Below are positions 21,810-31,614 of a stretch of 46,778 nt of DNA, piece by piece (position 1 is the stretch's first letter; each line of letters begins with the position of its first letter). The position numbers and the translations under genes were made by a program. The notes below the pieces were generated by a model that did not search any database, had not been told where the DNA came from, and worked only from the letters and a program-made list of their open reading frames with translations. Source of the DNA: Craspedostauros australis (taxonomy: Eukaryota); assembly GCA_030167865.1 (NCBI GenBank), contig JALAGF010004636.1, positions 1 to 46,778 on the forward strand. Direction: 5' to 3'.

Positions 21810-23258
21810 ATGAATGAATCCTCTGCACAAATCAAACTTCTATCGCATACACACTCCATTCCTCTCATATCACATCAGCGACAACGCACATCATCTCGTC
21901 ACGTCCACACGATGTCTTTCTATTCTTCATGCATCCGCAATGTACTGTCGCGGTTTTCTTCGGCGTTCGGACATCACTCACACAATACCAACACACCACA
22001 CGTCACAGCCAACAATCATGACGCCGACATGTCCAACATCACGAAAGACAAACTCCTTCGCGCTGCCACGGACGGTAACCTGACGGTGTTGAAGGAGTGG
22101 AAGAACAACGACCCAAGAGACGATCACGGTAACATCAAGGATGACGACGGCAATACTCTCCTGCATCGAGCATGCATCAAAGGCCACTTGGCTTGTGTGA
22201 AGTATCTGTTGCAATCAAGCCAGTCCGATATCAACATCCAATCCAACAATGGCAGCACCCCGCTTGTGTTAGCATGCTGGAATGGCCACCTGGATTGCGT
22301 GAAGTACCTGGTGGAAGCATGTAACGCTGACATATCCATCCCTGGTCACCGTGGCGCAACTGCATTCCAGTGCGCTTTCTACTACGGCCATATGGATTGT
22401 GCGAAGTACCTCGTGGACTCATGTGATGCAGACATCGATGTTCGGGACACACAAGGCCTCACTCCACTTCAATGGGCGTGCTCGCGAGGTCACTTGGACT
22501 GCATGAAGTATCTGGTGCAATCGCTCAACGTCGATGTCACTATCGTGGATAGCGCTGGCTTCACGCTGCTGCATTATGCATGCCAACGTGGCGCTTCGGA
22601 AATGATGAAGCGCGTGGACGAGTCACGCTCCACTCCCGCCAACTTGCAGAGGTGGGATCAATATGCTTCATTGGGTGTTGAGTACTCTGGAAGTGACCAA
22701 TTGGAGGTTGTGAAGTATTTGGTGGATTCATGCAATGCTGATGTCAACGCCCAAGACGCTCGTGGTGCCACTCCGCTTGTTAATGCCTGCGCATTCGGCC
22801 ATTCGAACGTTGTCAGATACTTGTTGGAATCTTCCAACACCAATGTCAGCGCACAAAACAGTGACGGCTTCACCCCACTTCATATTGTATGTCAAAATGG
22901 TCACTTGAATGTTGTCAAGCACCTACTGGAATCTTCCAGCGCCGATGTCAACGCACAAACTACCATCGGCGTCACCCCACTTCATGTTGCATGTTGCGCC
23001 GGTCACATGAATGTTGTGAAGTATCTACTGGAGTCTTCCAACGCCGATGTCAACGCCCAGAACAACGAAGGCCTCACCCCACTTCATGCTGCATGTGTCC
23101 GTGGTCACTTGAATGTTGTCAAGTATCTGGTCGAGTCCAGCAATGCTGACATCAATGTGCTATGCCGCAACTGCACACCTGCTCGTTTTGCTGTACGTCT
23201 TGGGCACACTGAGATTGCTGATTTCCTTGCGACTTGGCAACAGGAGCATGAGGCGTAG
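21810..23258 (+). CDS. Ankyrin-repeat protein, paralogue B (two repeats fewer than A)
   Basis: Same N- and C-terminal regions as 16361-18013; 482 versus 550 aa, a difference of 68 aa or 2 x 34. Confidence 0.93.
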   Translation: MNESSAQIKLLSHTHSIPLISHQRQRTSSRHVHTMSFYSSCIRNVLSRFSSAFGHHSHNTNTPHVTANNHDADMSNITKDKLLRAATDGNLTVLKEWKNNDPRDDHGNIKDDDGNTLLHRACIKGHLACVKYLLQSSQSDINIQSNNGSTPLVLACWNGHLDCVKYLVEACNADISIPGHRGATAFQCAFYYGHMDCAKYLVDSCDADIDVRDTQGLTPLQWACSRGHLDCMKYLVQSLNVDVTIVDSAGFTLLHYACQRGASEMMKRVDESRSTPANLQRWDQYASLGVEYSGSDQLEVVKYLVDSCNADVNAQDARGATPLVNACAFGHSNVVRYLLESSNTNVSAQNSDGFTPLHIVCQNGHLNVVKHLLESSSADVNAQTTIGVTPLHVACCAGHMNVVKYLLESSNADVNAQNNEGLTPLHAACVRGHLNVVKYLVESSNADINVLCRNCTPARFAVRLGHTEIADFLATWQQEHEA

Positions 23259-23466
23259 GTGCATAACACAGACTCATTGATGATGAATATACCTAATACC
23301 GATGAGAAATCCTACAAGTACTCTGTGTTTCACAGTTTTATTGTTGAATATGTATAATGCCATAGAGATGTCTTCATGGCCATCAACTGACGGTACGGTC
23401 AAGTGCCAGTTTCCAATCGATCAGCCGATCAGCCGATCAACTAATCAATCCAGTTGGCCAATAGAA

Positions 23467-23607
23467 CCGTTGCGACTTAACAAACAACCTTTTCATGTGG
23501 AAGCATCACCACATCAACACCAGATACGTCTTGGACATAGCCTCGATGGATGGGACCTCAGTTGCATGCACGTACGTTCCCAAATCTCGCCCCAACGACA
23601 TCGATCA
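23467..23607 (-). pseudogene. Remnant of the last ~45 codons of the GT4 gene carried in duplication copy 2
   Basis: Homologous to 18235-18373; the stop codon TAG reads CGG here, and similarity ends abruptly at ~23607. Confidence 0.75.
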
Positions 23608-23860
23608 CGTCATGGATTTGTGCGACAAGGCACTGGCAGCTCGGAGATGTTTGAACTCGACTCAATTCAGCCATCGTCTGATTGATACTGACACACGGAA
23701 GAGTTGTTCATATGCTGTTCTATCTGTTGCCAAAATGAGCGAGTGTTCCATGGGCAATGCTCTGCCGACGATTGCTGAAGCATGCAGACTGGAGCAGAGT
23801 AATCAACTCCAATTCATGTACATTGCAGACGCAATTCCCCTTTGTTTTCGATGCAAGTAC

Positions 23861-26800
23861 CTACGCCAACCCACGGACCGGCACAGATCTGGATTCGCGA
23901 GACACCGTCTCTTCGTCGTCATCGGTCGCATCAACGTCCTCAAGCACCGAAGTTGACATCTCAACGCCCAAATTGATCTTCCGCATCATCGCAGTGCTGG
24001 ATCCTTCATCGAAGCGTGTTCTGGCCTTCAACGCCCTTGCCTTCTGGGCACGATGCGTGGATTTCATCCCCAACGTGCGATCGGAAGACCGAAGCTGCGC
24101 CACCTTCCCGTGGGCCCCCCAATCAGCATACAGCCTCAGCGCCCTCTGTTTGTACCTCTCGATGGCCGCCTCGTGCTCTGCGTCAGTTTCGTACGCCGTG
24201 GACGCCGATGAAGATGTCATCAGTAATATCGCCAACTGTTCATTGGCTATGGCTTCGAGATGCAGCAACCCGCTGCGCCCAGCCGCGATGATGGCCTTCT
24301 GATATAGACTCTCCGTGCGACCATCGATGGCTTTCAGCAGAATCAGGACCGAGAAGCCGTTCACCGATCCGTCCTTCACGCTGTCCTGGAAGGTCTGGAC
24401 GATCTTGCGTCCCGTTTGAAGGTATCGCCTGCGTTTGATCAGCGACAGGTTGTAGGAACTATCATGCGCCAACAGGAGGCACGCGATCGCAGTGAACGTG
24501 GAGCGAAAGTGGACGCGAGATATCATGGGTTCGTGGAATGGAATATCCAGGCTTTCATCGAGGTTGAATTCCATGGCCTTGCGGTCGTTGAAGACGGACG
24601 CCAGCATGAGCCGGAATGCGCAGATGTCGCGCAAGGTTGAGCGATGCTGACTGGATCCCTTCATAGCATCCAGGACTTCACGCTCCTTCATCATATCACC
24701 GTTGAGCGCCGCGGGATGCTGCGTCATGTTGAAGCTCTCGCCTTGGAGGTTGGAGATGGCTTGACGGAACATGGAAAACAGGACCTGCATGGACATGGGC
24801 AGGGAGAACTGGACGGATGCTTTGTGGTAGTTCCCAGCGTCGGACTCCAGCGGTGCCAGACACAGCCCCAGGTTCATGTACGAGAAGCAGTAGACCATGG
24901 CCGTAATGAATGCCTTCTCCGTGTCTCCGATGGACAGCAGCACGCTGTATCCCCGCGACAACGGATCCAGGCTTTCGTGGAAGGAGTGATGCCAATGGAA
25001 AAGCGCACCATGGATCAGGGCGATGATGCGGCAGAGGTCGGGCGTCGTCTTGAGCTGCTTCGAAATGTCGATGGCCAAGCCGATCCGTTGCTTGGCTTCG
25101 GCGGACACTTTCTTCGCTCTCAATCGGATGGCAGGGAACATCACGGCCATGACGGTGAACTCACTGAGACCGTGCCGAAAGGTGAGGGCAAGGATATGGG
25201 AGCAGCATAGATGTGCCAGCTTCCAATTCATGCCTGGCATGCACGCGAAAATGAGGTTGGACAGCAGCTTACACGTCTTCCACGCCAATGTATCTGACAT
25301 CATGGTCGATACTGAAGTGACGTCCTTCCACGTTTTTCCTTGGCACAGCTTTTGCACCTTGCGCTGGGCGAAGAAACGCGACAGCCTTCCCGGTTGCCGT
25401 TGCAGCTTGATTCTGTACTTGGCGAGCATGGTGACGTAGCATTCTTGGGATTGGATGAAATCTCTCTTGTGTCCCGTGGCCGCCGCCTGCGCCTTGAGCA
25501 ATTCGGCGCGGTACGTGTCGTCTCTGGTCCTGGCGTGCCGCATCACCACATTAATCGCAGCCTGGCTCTTCTCGTAATGGCCGAGGTAGTGTTCCGTTTC
25601 GGCCAACGTCGAGTAGAGCTCCAGCAGCAGCCCGGCTTGCGCCGGATCCTTCCACGATCCAGGCCCCTCCGTCTTCGATATGCCCACGCGAAGCAGCTCC
25701 GTTGCAGGATAGAAGGCAGACTTGGAGATGCTGAGGTTGGCAGCACGCAGATTGAGCTGGCCCAGAAAGTTCTTTGGCACCAAGGCGTTCGTGTGGGGGC
25801 AGGCGGATGGTGATCGCACCGCGTTCATTTGCGAGGCCGCCAGGTAGATCAACCACTCCGTGTCTCCATGCTGGGTGGAAATGAGCCACATCAGCATGCC
25901 GAGTCGCATGTGCAGCTGGCACCGGTCGATGGCTGGCAGAATGCAATCGTAGGCGGTGGTGCGGAATTTGTCGTGCGACCAGGTGTAGTACTGCGATCGT
26001 TGCCGTCTGGGTTCCGATTGGTCGCCGATGGCTGGATGGCGCAGGATGCCCGCGCCGATGGCGTTCGACAGAGCCTCATCCAGCTGCAACGCAGGCAATT
26101 GAAGTTCGTCGATGATCTGGGCGTCCGCAAAGAACTCCCGCAGGACGAAGGATGGCACCTCGCTGCCAAGGCACGATGCAACCAACACGACCGCCTGCGT
26201 CTCCAGTGAGACGTTGCGGAAGGTGGTCTTGCGCATCTGATCCGCCAGCTCGTCCGAGACGATCGGTGTCGCAGCATCGATCTCCTGCGGTGAGAGCCAC
26301 TTCCATGTGGCGTCATGGACCGAGTCGAAGTACACGAACCGCTGTTCCTGCAGGAGCTGGAGGTAGATGGAGATATCGAATGGATTCCCCACCGTCTTGG
26401 CGTGTATGACCTTCGAGATGGCGAGCGTATGCGACGGAGTCTTCTGCACCAGTCCTGAAAAGAGCTGGTTGACGTCGTCCTCACGGAGATTGGTCATCTC
26501 CAGAGTGGCGCTTTCGAGCCGTTCGGCAACCTCCGCGAAGGGGTGATCTGTTGGAGCAATGCTATCCACTGACGCAGGGTCCCGGAAGGACATGACAAGC
26601 AAGAGACCGTTGACGGAGATGAAGTCTCGCTTGTGACGTTGCGGACTGTTCGCGAAGGACGTGGTCGCACTGTTCACCACCGCCTTGATGAGGTCCACGC
26701 TGGGTTGATCCATGCACTGGGCATCATCGAGATAGATGACGACGGGCTTCGTCGGTTCGCAGGCAAAGGCGAGGACCTTGAGAGTCGCGAGCTTGAGCCT

Positions 26801-27835
26801 TTCGAAGCTGATGCTGTGGTTGATGCTGGAGAAGCGCTCTTCGTCCAGCTCGGTCCTCGTCGGCGGTTTGCAGCCCTGAGTCGGACCTGTTGATGTGCCG
26901 GCGCCACCAGCACAACTGGCGTCGCAGTTCTCGTCATCGTTGTCGTTGTCGTTATCGTAATCCGCCAACTCAAACAGAATCGGAAGAAAGGCCCGCAGAA
27001 TCGTGACGTCCTCCTTCACCGAACGCAGGAACGTCCGAAGCTTGTCGACACAACGATCCCGTTCATAGAGCCGACGCATCAGCGACGAGATGGCGTCGAC
27101 CAAGCCAGAATAGGGCTCGGCCTTGGCGATGCACGTGGCGCAGACGAACTCGGCAGTGATGCCATGCAGATGAAAGACGCCGTGCTTGTGCGCCGTGTGG
27201 ACGAAGGTGGTCTTGCCCGTGCCTGCCTTGCCGCGCACGATGACCAGCGAGCTGCCGCCCTTGATGATCTTGCGGAAGCTGCCGCGCATCGTTTGCAGCT
27301 CTGCGTCGCGTCCGACGAGCAGCGAGTAGCGCGAGATGTCGCTGTTGTCCGATCTTCGTTTCGGCGTTGTCGACGGCATCCGCAGCAGCTTTCGCGGCCC
27401 GCTGGGCGTGGGATGCAGCAGCGCCGAGACGTGCGACCGATCCTGGATGCTGACGTGCAGCGCGGCGGCGTGATCCTCGGCTGGCCGTCTCGAGCTGCGG
27501 CGCGGCGACGAAGGCGACAGGATGTTGCTGAAGGAGGACTGCAGCAGGGCAATCTTGGCGCTAGTGGCAGGCATCGTCGTCCTTGGCGTCGTGGGCGTCT
27601 GCGGAGTATGCATGCTGGATGCCGGTGCGGTCGCTAGTGTCATTTCCATGCTCTCCAAGGACTCTGCGCTGCTGCTTCTGCTTCTGCTTCTGGTCCTCAT
27701 TTGGCGTTGGATTATGCTTTCGGAAGTGATCGCGACGGCATCTGTGGTGGTGTTGGTGTTGCTCCTCATGGTGGAGCTCCTCATGGCAGTACAGTCTATG
27801 GAGGTGCAGTCTATGGTGGTGGTGGATTGTGGCAT
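23861..27835 (-). CDS. STAND-class P-loop NTPase (AAA_16 / COG3899-like) with a helical, TPR-like C-terminal region, ~1324 aa, intronless
   Basis: LVGRDAEL; Walker A GKAGTGKT; EPYSGL; Walker B VVIYLDDAQCMD; LVMSFRD; GNPF; ASCLGS; WSHDKFRTTAY; C-terminal EAIANE...YADWGAHGKVAQL. About 170 aa of Ser/Thr/Pro-rich sequence at the N-terminus. Confidence 0.9.
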   Translation of the reverse strand: MPQSTTTIDCTSIDCTAMRSSTMRSNTNTTTDAVAITSESIIQRQMRTRSRSRSSSAESLESMEMTLATAPASSMHTPQTPTTPRTTMPATSAKIALLQSSFSNILSPSSPRRSSRRPAEDHAAALHVSIQDRSHVSALLHPTPSGPRKLLRMPSTTPKRRSDNSDISRYSLLVGRDAELQTMRGSFRKIIKGGSSLVIVRGKAGTGKTTFVHTAHKHGVFHLHGITAEFVCATCIAKAEPYSGLVDAISSLMRRLYERDRCVDKLRTFLRSVKEDVTILRAFLPILFELADYDNDNDNDDENCDASCAGGAGTSTGPTQGCKPPTRTELDEERFSSINHSISFERLKLATLKVLAFACEPTKPVVIYLDDAQCMDQPSVDLIKAVVNSATTSFANSPQRHKRDFISVNGLLLVMSFRDPASVDSIAPTDHPFAEVAERLESATLEMTNLREDDVNQLFSGLVQKTPSHTLAISKVIHAKTVGNPFDISIYLQLLQEQRFVYFDSVHDATWKWLSPQEIDAATPIVSDELADQMRKTTFRNVSLETQAVVLVASCLGSEVPSFVLREFFADAQIIDELQLPALQLDEALSNAIGAGILRHPAIGDQSEPRRQRSQYYTWSHDKFRTTAYDCILPAIDRCQLHMRLGMLMWLISTQHGDTEWLIYLAASQMNAVRSPSACPHTNALVPKNFLGQLNLRAANLSISKSAFYPATELLRVGISKTEGPGSWKDPAQAGLLLELYSTLAETEHYLGHYEKSQAAINVVMRHARTRDDTYRAELLKAQAAATGHKRDFIQSQECYVTMLAKYRIKLQRQPGRLSRFFAQRKVQKLCQGKTWKDVTSVSTMMSDTLAWKTCKLLSNLIFACMPGMNWKLAHLCCSHILALTFRHGLSEFTVMAVMFPAIRLRAKKVSAEAKQRIGLAIDISKQLKTTPDLCRIIALIHGALFHWHHSFHESLDPLSRGYSVLLSIGDTEKAFITAMVYCFSYMNLGLCLAPLESDAGNYHKASVQFSLPMSMQVLFSMFRQAISNLQGESFNMTQHPAALNGDMMKEREVLDAMKGSSQHRSTLRDICAFRLMLASVFNDRKAMEFNLDESLDIPFHEPMISRVHFRSTFTAIACLLLAHDSSYNLSLIKRRRYLQTGRKIVQTFQDSVKDGSVNGFSVLILLKAIDGRTESLYQKAIIAAGRSGLLHLEAIANEQLAILLMTSSSASTAYETDAEHEAAIERYKQRALRLYADWGAHGKVAQLRSSDRTLGMKSTHRAQKARALKARTRFDEGSSTAMMRKINLGVEMSTSVLEDVDATDDDEETVSRESRSVPVRGLA

Positions 27836-30522
27836 CACTTTCTATGGATGTCCAGAGCGTCTCTCTCTCGCTTTCCACTGTATGACACTGCGAGCTACGC
27901 ATGCAACGCCTCCTTGTTTCGCAACGTCAAGGCAGGGCCGTACCCGTGGTGGGAAACAACACCAGGATGAGAAAGGGATAGGTACGCTCGTTGGTGTATC
28001 TGGGAGAGTCCCGTCCTTCCGCGGACAAACACACGAAGACCCACGGAGAGGCTTTTGATGGTTGCTTTTGGCTGTGTGTAGTGCCAAACCGCATTGCGGC
28101 ATTGGTTTTGTCGCGTCGAGCGACAGAACTTCGAGGACTGAAGGGTCTGTCTCCACAACATATGAAGGCCAAGGCCGCCCTGCACGGTTGAGTGATTACC
28201 GCGTATTTTCGCTTTTGTGACGCGTTTGTACGATTACAAAGAACAGAGAAAGTGTTTGATGGTTTGTTTTGCGACAAGTTCGCTGTGAAGGGAGAAGCGC
28301 ATCTTCGATATGCGACGTGAAGAATGTCGCTATGACGAAAATATTTGTCGCAGCGCCATTCATTGACATCTCACGCAAGTTTGTAGCGTGCGATTTTCTG
28401 ATTCCAGACAATTATCCGCCATGTTTGATGGCGGCTTGGACAACGTCCTCTCCTCCTGACTCCTCTGTTGCCGGTGTTGGTCGGAATGCGGACTGGAACC
28501 GGAGATCGAACGCATCGCTCGTGCTGGAGTGCACCAGAACGGGTGGATGCGAACTGCACAGCGAGGTGATGTGATGTGTGATGTGATGTGATGTGACGCG
28601 AGATCGACATGCGCAGACGGACACGCATGCCCTTCGCTCGGAGAGTATCAACATCCGATCCTCTTCAACTTGATTCCGGCCTTCTCGCCATTTGTGAGCA
28701 CCCGAGAACCTACCTGTGGACAGCGGCGACGCAAATGAACGCATCGACAGAAAATGGTTGCTCTTCGGGGTGGGTGGATGTGATTACGCGGTATCAGCAA
28801 ATCGGGGATTACCGGGCAATCGGCGCTGCAGATGCACGCTCTGGGAAGCCTAAGAGAGGAGATCAGTCGATCCCTTGTGACCCAGTGATGATTAGCCTGG
28901 TGATACCGCGGGGCGTTGATCGTGTTGTGAGTGATGGAGGCTGATGCACGAGCCCTCGCTCAGATCGAAGCGTGGTCGTTTGCGAGGAGCGCGACATGGA
29001 TGCAAGAGCCCCTGGATCGATCTGGTCTTGCATTTGCCATCGTTGCTGCGGACGAGGTGTCGAGAACCATGTGTCCGTGATGCCTCGACGCAAAGTGCAA
29101 GAAGAAGTGAAGCATGAGGATAGGAGTAGCTCGTCGCCACAAGAATGTGCAGACGAGCGTTGCGGATACGAAGGTGCTCAGGACGTTGCTCGACAGAGAC
29201 ACCACGCTTCAGCCAAGCGTGGCAGATTGCAGCGACAGCAACGAAGAGCACCAACGTCATTTTTTGAGCTTCTTTGCAAAGATGGTGATGACAACGACGA
29301 CTGCTTGTGCGGATCACCTTGCCACTAAGATCCACTCGTCTGGGTCCACCAAAACGCAACACCACCCAGTCATGCTGGGTTCGTGCCTGTCGTGCCTTGG
29401 ACAGGATCCAAAACGGTCCCAGCCAGCAACACGAAGATGCCCTGAATTGGGTTTCGGTGTGTTTCGGCCATGGCATAGCTCGTGCACGGCAGCACATCGA
29501 ACCGGAGCGGATTGTCTCGTGCCCGCCTGTATCCTCCCGAGAGGTACTAATACTCGCGTATCTCGCCACCATTTTCCTTCTTGTCTGGGTCTACTTGTCC
29601 GAAGGGGGCATGGATGTTGCAGTTGTGCCAAGGGTGGCACGGTTGTTGGCATGGCGGGTCGGCTTCTACCAATCTTCAATTACTCTGTTCCGTTCTCTGG
29701 ATCCACTGCATCCTTGGCGCACAGCATGACTTGCGTCATGATACAATTGGAACTGCAACTGCGGCTACTGCAACTCCATCCTCCGCAACGAAGGAGGAGC
29801 AACACCAAAACAGTTGCGGCTCACGTGCCACTCATTTTGAGCCACAGCGAACGACGAACAACATCATGAAGGACAAGCAGGGTGACAACTAATCCAAGAA
29901 GCCACAGACGTCAGTGCAATGGCATGTGGACGCACGAGTAATGTAGATGGCGACACAACAACCAGCGATCGCCTCCTTCAACTCCCACCTCCATGTGCAA
30001 CTCTGTACCTCCAGACATTAAATACCAATGTATCCTTGGGCCAGCACAGAGAGACGCAATGAGAAGTCATGAAGCGAGGGACCAGAAGTGTCCAGAAACA
30101 ACCAACCGGAGATCTTGTTCGGGTGTCGCAACACGATCGTTTTGCATATGTAATTCCACTTCAAGTCATGGATGCTCTACCTTCACAAAGTGTTTGGCTT
30201 GACGCTCCCACGCTTCGAATGATGCCTGACGTGAGCGATGCACGACACAAAACCACAGAGAGCCGAGGTCGGCGATGTTGTCACGCTCGTATTCTCCATG
30301 TCCTGATGTGCATTGTTGCAACCCTCTCTTGGTGATCCATTGTCTCAGCAAGCCTCCACCCACACCAGTCGCTGTTTCCTGTGGTGATTACCTACTGTCT
30401 CATCGCCCAGCCAGAGCCAAGTTAGATTTTAGCTCGCATTTCATCTCACAAAACACATCCATGCCAAAGCAGAAAAGGCACTGATCCCACCCCAACAGAG
30501 AATCGCACAGCACCACTCCACC

Positions 30523-31614
30523 ATGCCAGCCTTGTACCAACACAGCGCATCATCCCACGACGAGAACCTTGCCGTCTCGGGTGGCGTTGATTTCCTCGCG
30601 CATCGACTCAAATTGAAGAGCATCACAGGTAGCACCAGCGCCGAACACTCCTCTGCTCATGCTGTTGCATCGTCACAGCGAAGTACAGGCTCAGGCTGCC
30701 CCAAGCAGCCGCACATCAAATCGGCTCTCTCAAGTTCCTGCGACTACGCAGAAACAGGCTCAAGTCACACCGCGAGATCATCGCTTCACGTGTCCTTCTC
30801 ATCTCACCTGCACATTCGCGAGATCCCTTCGATGGACGAGTACACTGGTGAAGAACGCTACCAGATGTTCTACGATCGAGAGGATTTCCTCGACTTTCAA
30901 CAGGAAGTCCGAGAGACAGTGGACGTCTTGCTGTTTCCGGATGACCGAAGCAAGGATTGCAGCAGCTGCAGCAGCCACAGGAGCAGCAGCTCCCATGAAG
31001 ACGACCATGACGATTACGACAATGAGTACGACTACGAGAATGAGTCATCGCTGTCATCCCATGATGTGCACTCGGGATTTCCCAAGCAGCGAGAGAACTA
31101 TGACATCCACGACGAAGATGAGGACTGCTACTCCTCCTCCTCCTCCTGCGACCATGATGCCGACGATGCCGATGACTTTCACATCGAAGAACGCGAGGAC
31201 GAGAAGGAGATGCACTGCCTGCGCGGCTGCGAACTTGGCATTCCATCCTTCGTGGACCATCGCGAGAGAATAGTGGAGGACGCGTGGGATGCTATCCGCA
31301 AGGAGCACGATAAGCAGGAAGAGGAACAATTCTCTCGTCAACCTCGTTGCGCCTACGAAGATGAAGATGAAGGTGACGATCACCACATCTTCCACTACGA
31401 CCTCAACCGTTTCCGAGCGGTCTACCAGTGGTTCTCAGTGCCAAGCCTCGCCAAGGCGCATCGGCAAGGCCTGCAGGACGAGAAAGATGCCCGTGCCATT
31501 CGGTTGGAAGACGAGCGCAGCCTCCACAGCAGCTTTTCGTCCTATTCCGACAACTCCACAACATCGCTGTGGTTCAACGAATCCAGCCATTCATGCTTCC
31601 TCGGGCCCGAGTAG
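30523..31614 (+). CDS. Diatom-type hypothetical protein of the 'VxF...CxRGLE' family, with an acidic insert
   Basis: 363-aa ORF with coding-like codon usage: LHVSFSSHLHIREIP...EERYQMFY...CLRGCE...AIRKEHDKQ...YQWFS..SLAKAHRQGLQDEKDA. Confidence 0.8.
   Translation: MPALYQHSASSHDENLAVSGGVDFLAHRLKLKSITGSTSAEHSSAHAVASSQRSTGSGCPKQPHIKSALSSSCDYAETGSSHTARSSLHVSFSSHLHIREIPSMDEYTGEERYQMFYDREDFLDFQQEVRETVDVLLFPDDRSKDCSSCSSHRSSSSHEDDHDDYDNEYDYENESSLSSHDVHSGFPKQRENYDIHDEDEDCYSSSSSCDHDADDADDFHIEEREDEKEMHCLRGCELGIPSFVDHRERIVEDAWDAIRKEHDKQEEEQFSRQPRCAYEDEDEGDDHHIFHYDLNRFRAVYQWFSVPSLAKAHRQGLQDEKDARAIRLEDERSLHSSFSSYSDNSTTSLWFNESSHSCFLGPE

Larger units (their letters stand above)
21168..23607. repeat. Local segmental duplication, copy 2
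   Basis: Aligns with 15664-18373, apart from a 204-nt in-frame deficit in the ankyrin array and small indels. Confidence 0.93.

Noticed and set aside
28892-29892. Overlapping 100-250 aa ORFs, one with a hydrophobic stretch (EVLILAYLATIFLLVWVYL)
   Set aside because: No consistent frame, codon bias or motif; a decayed gene cannot be excluded but is not supportable.
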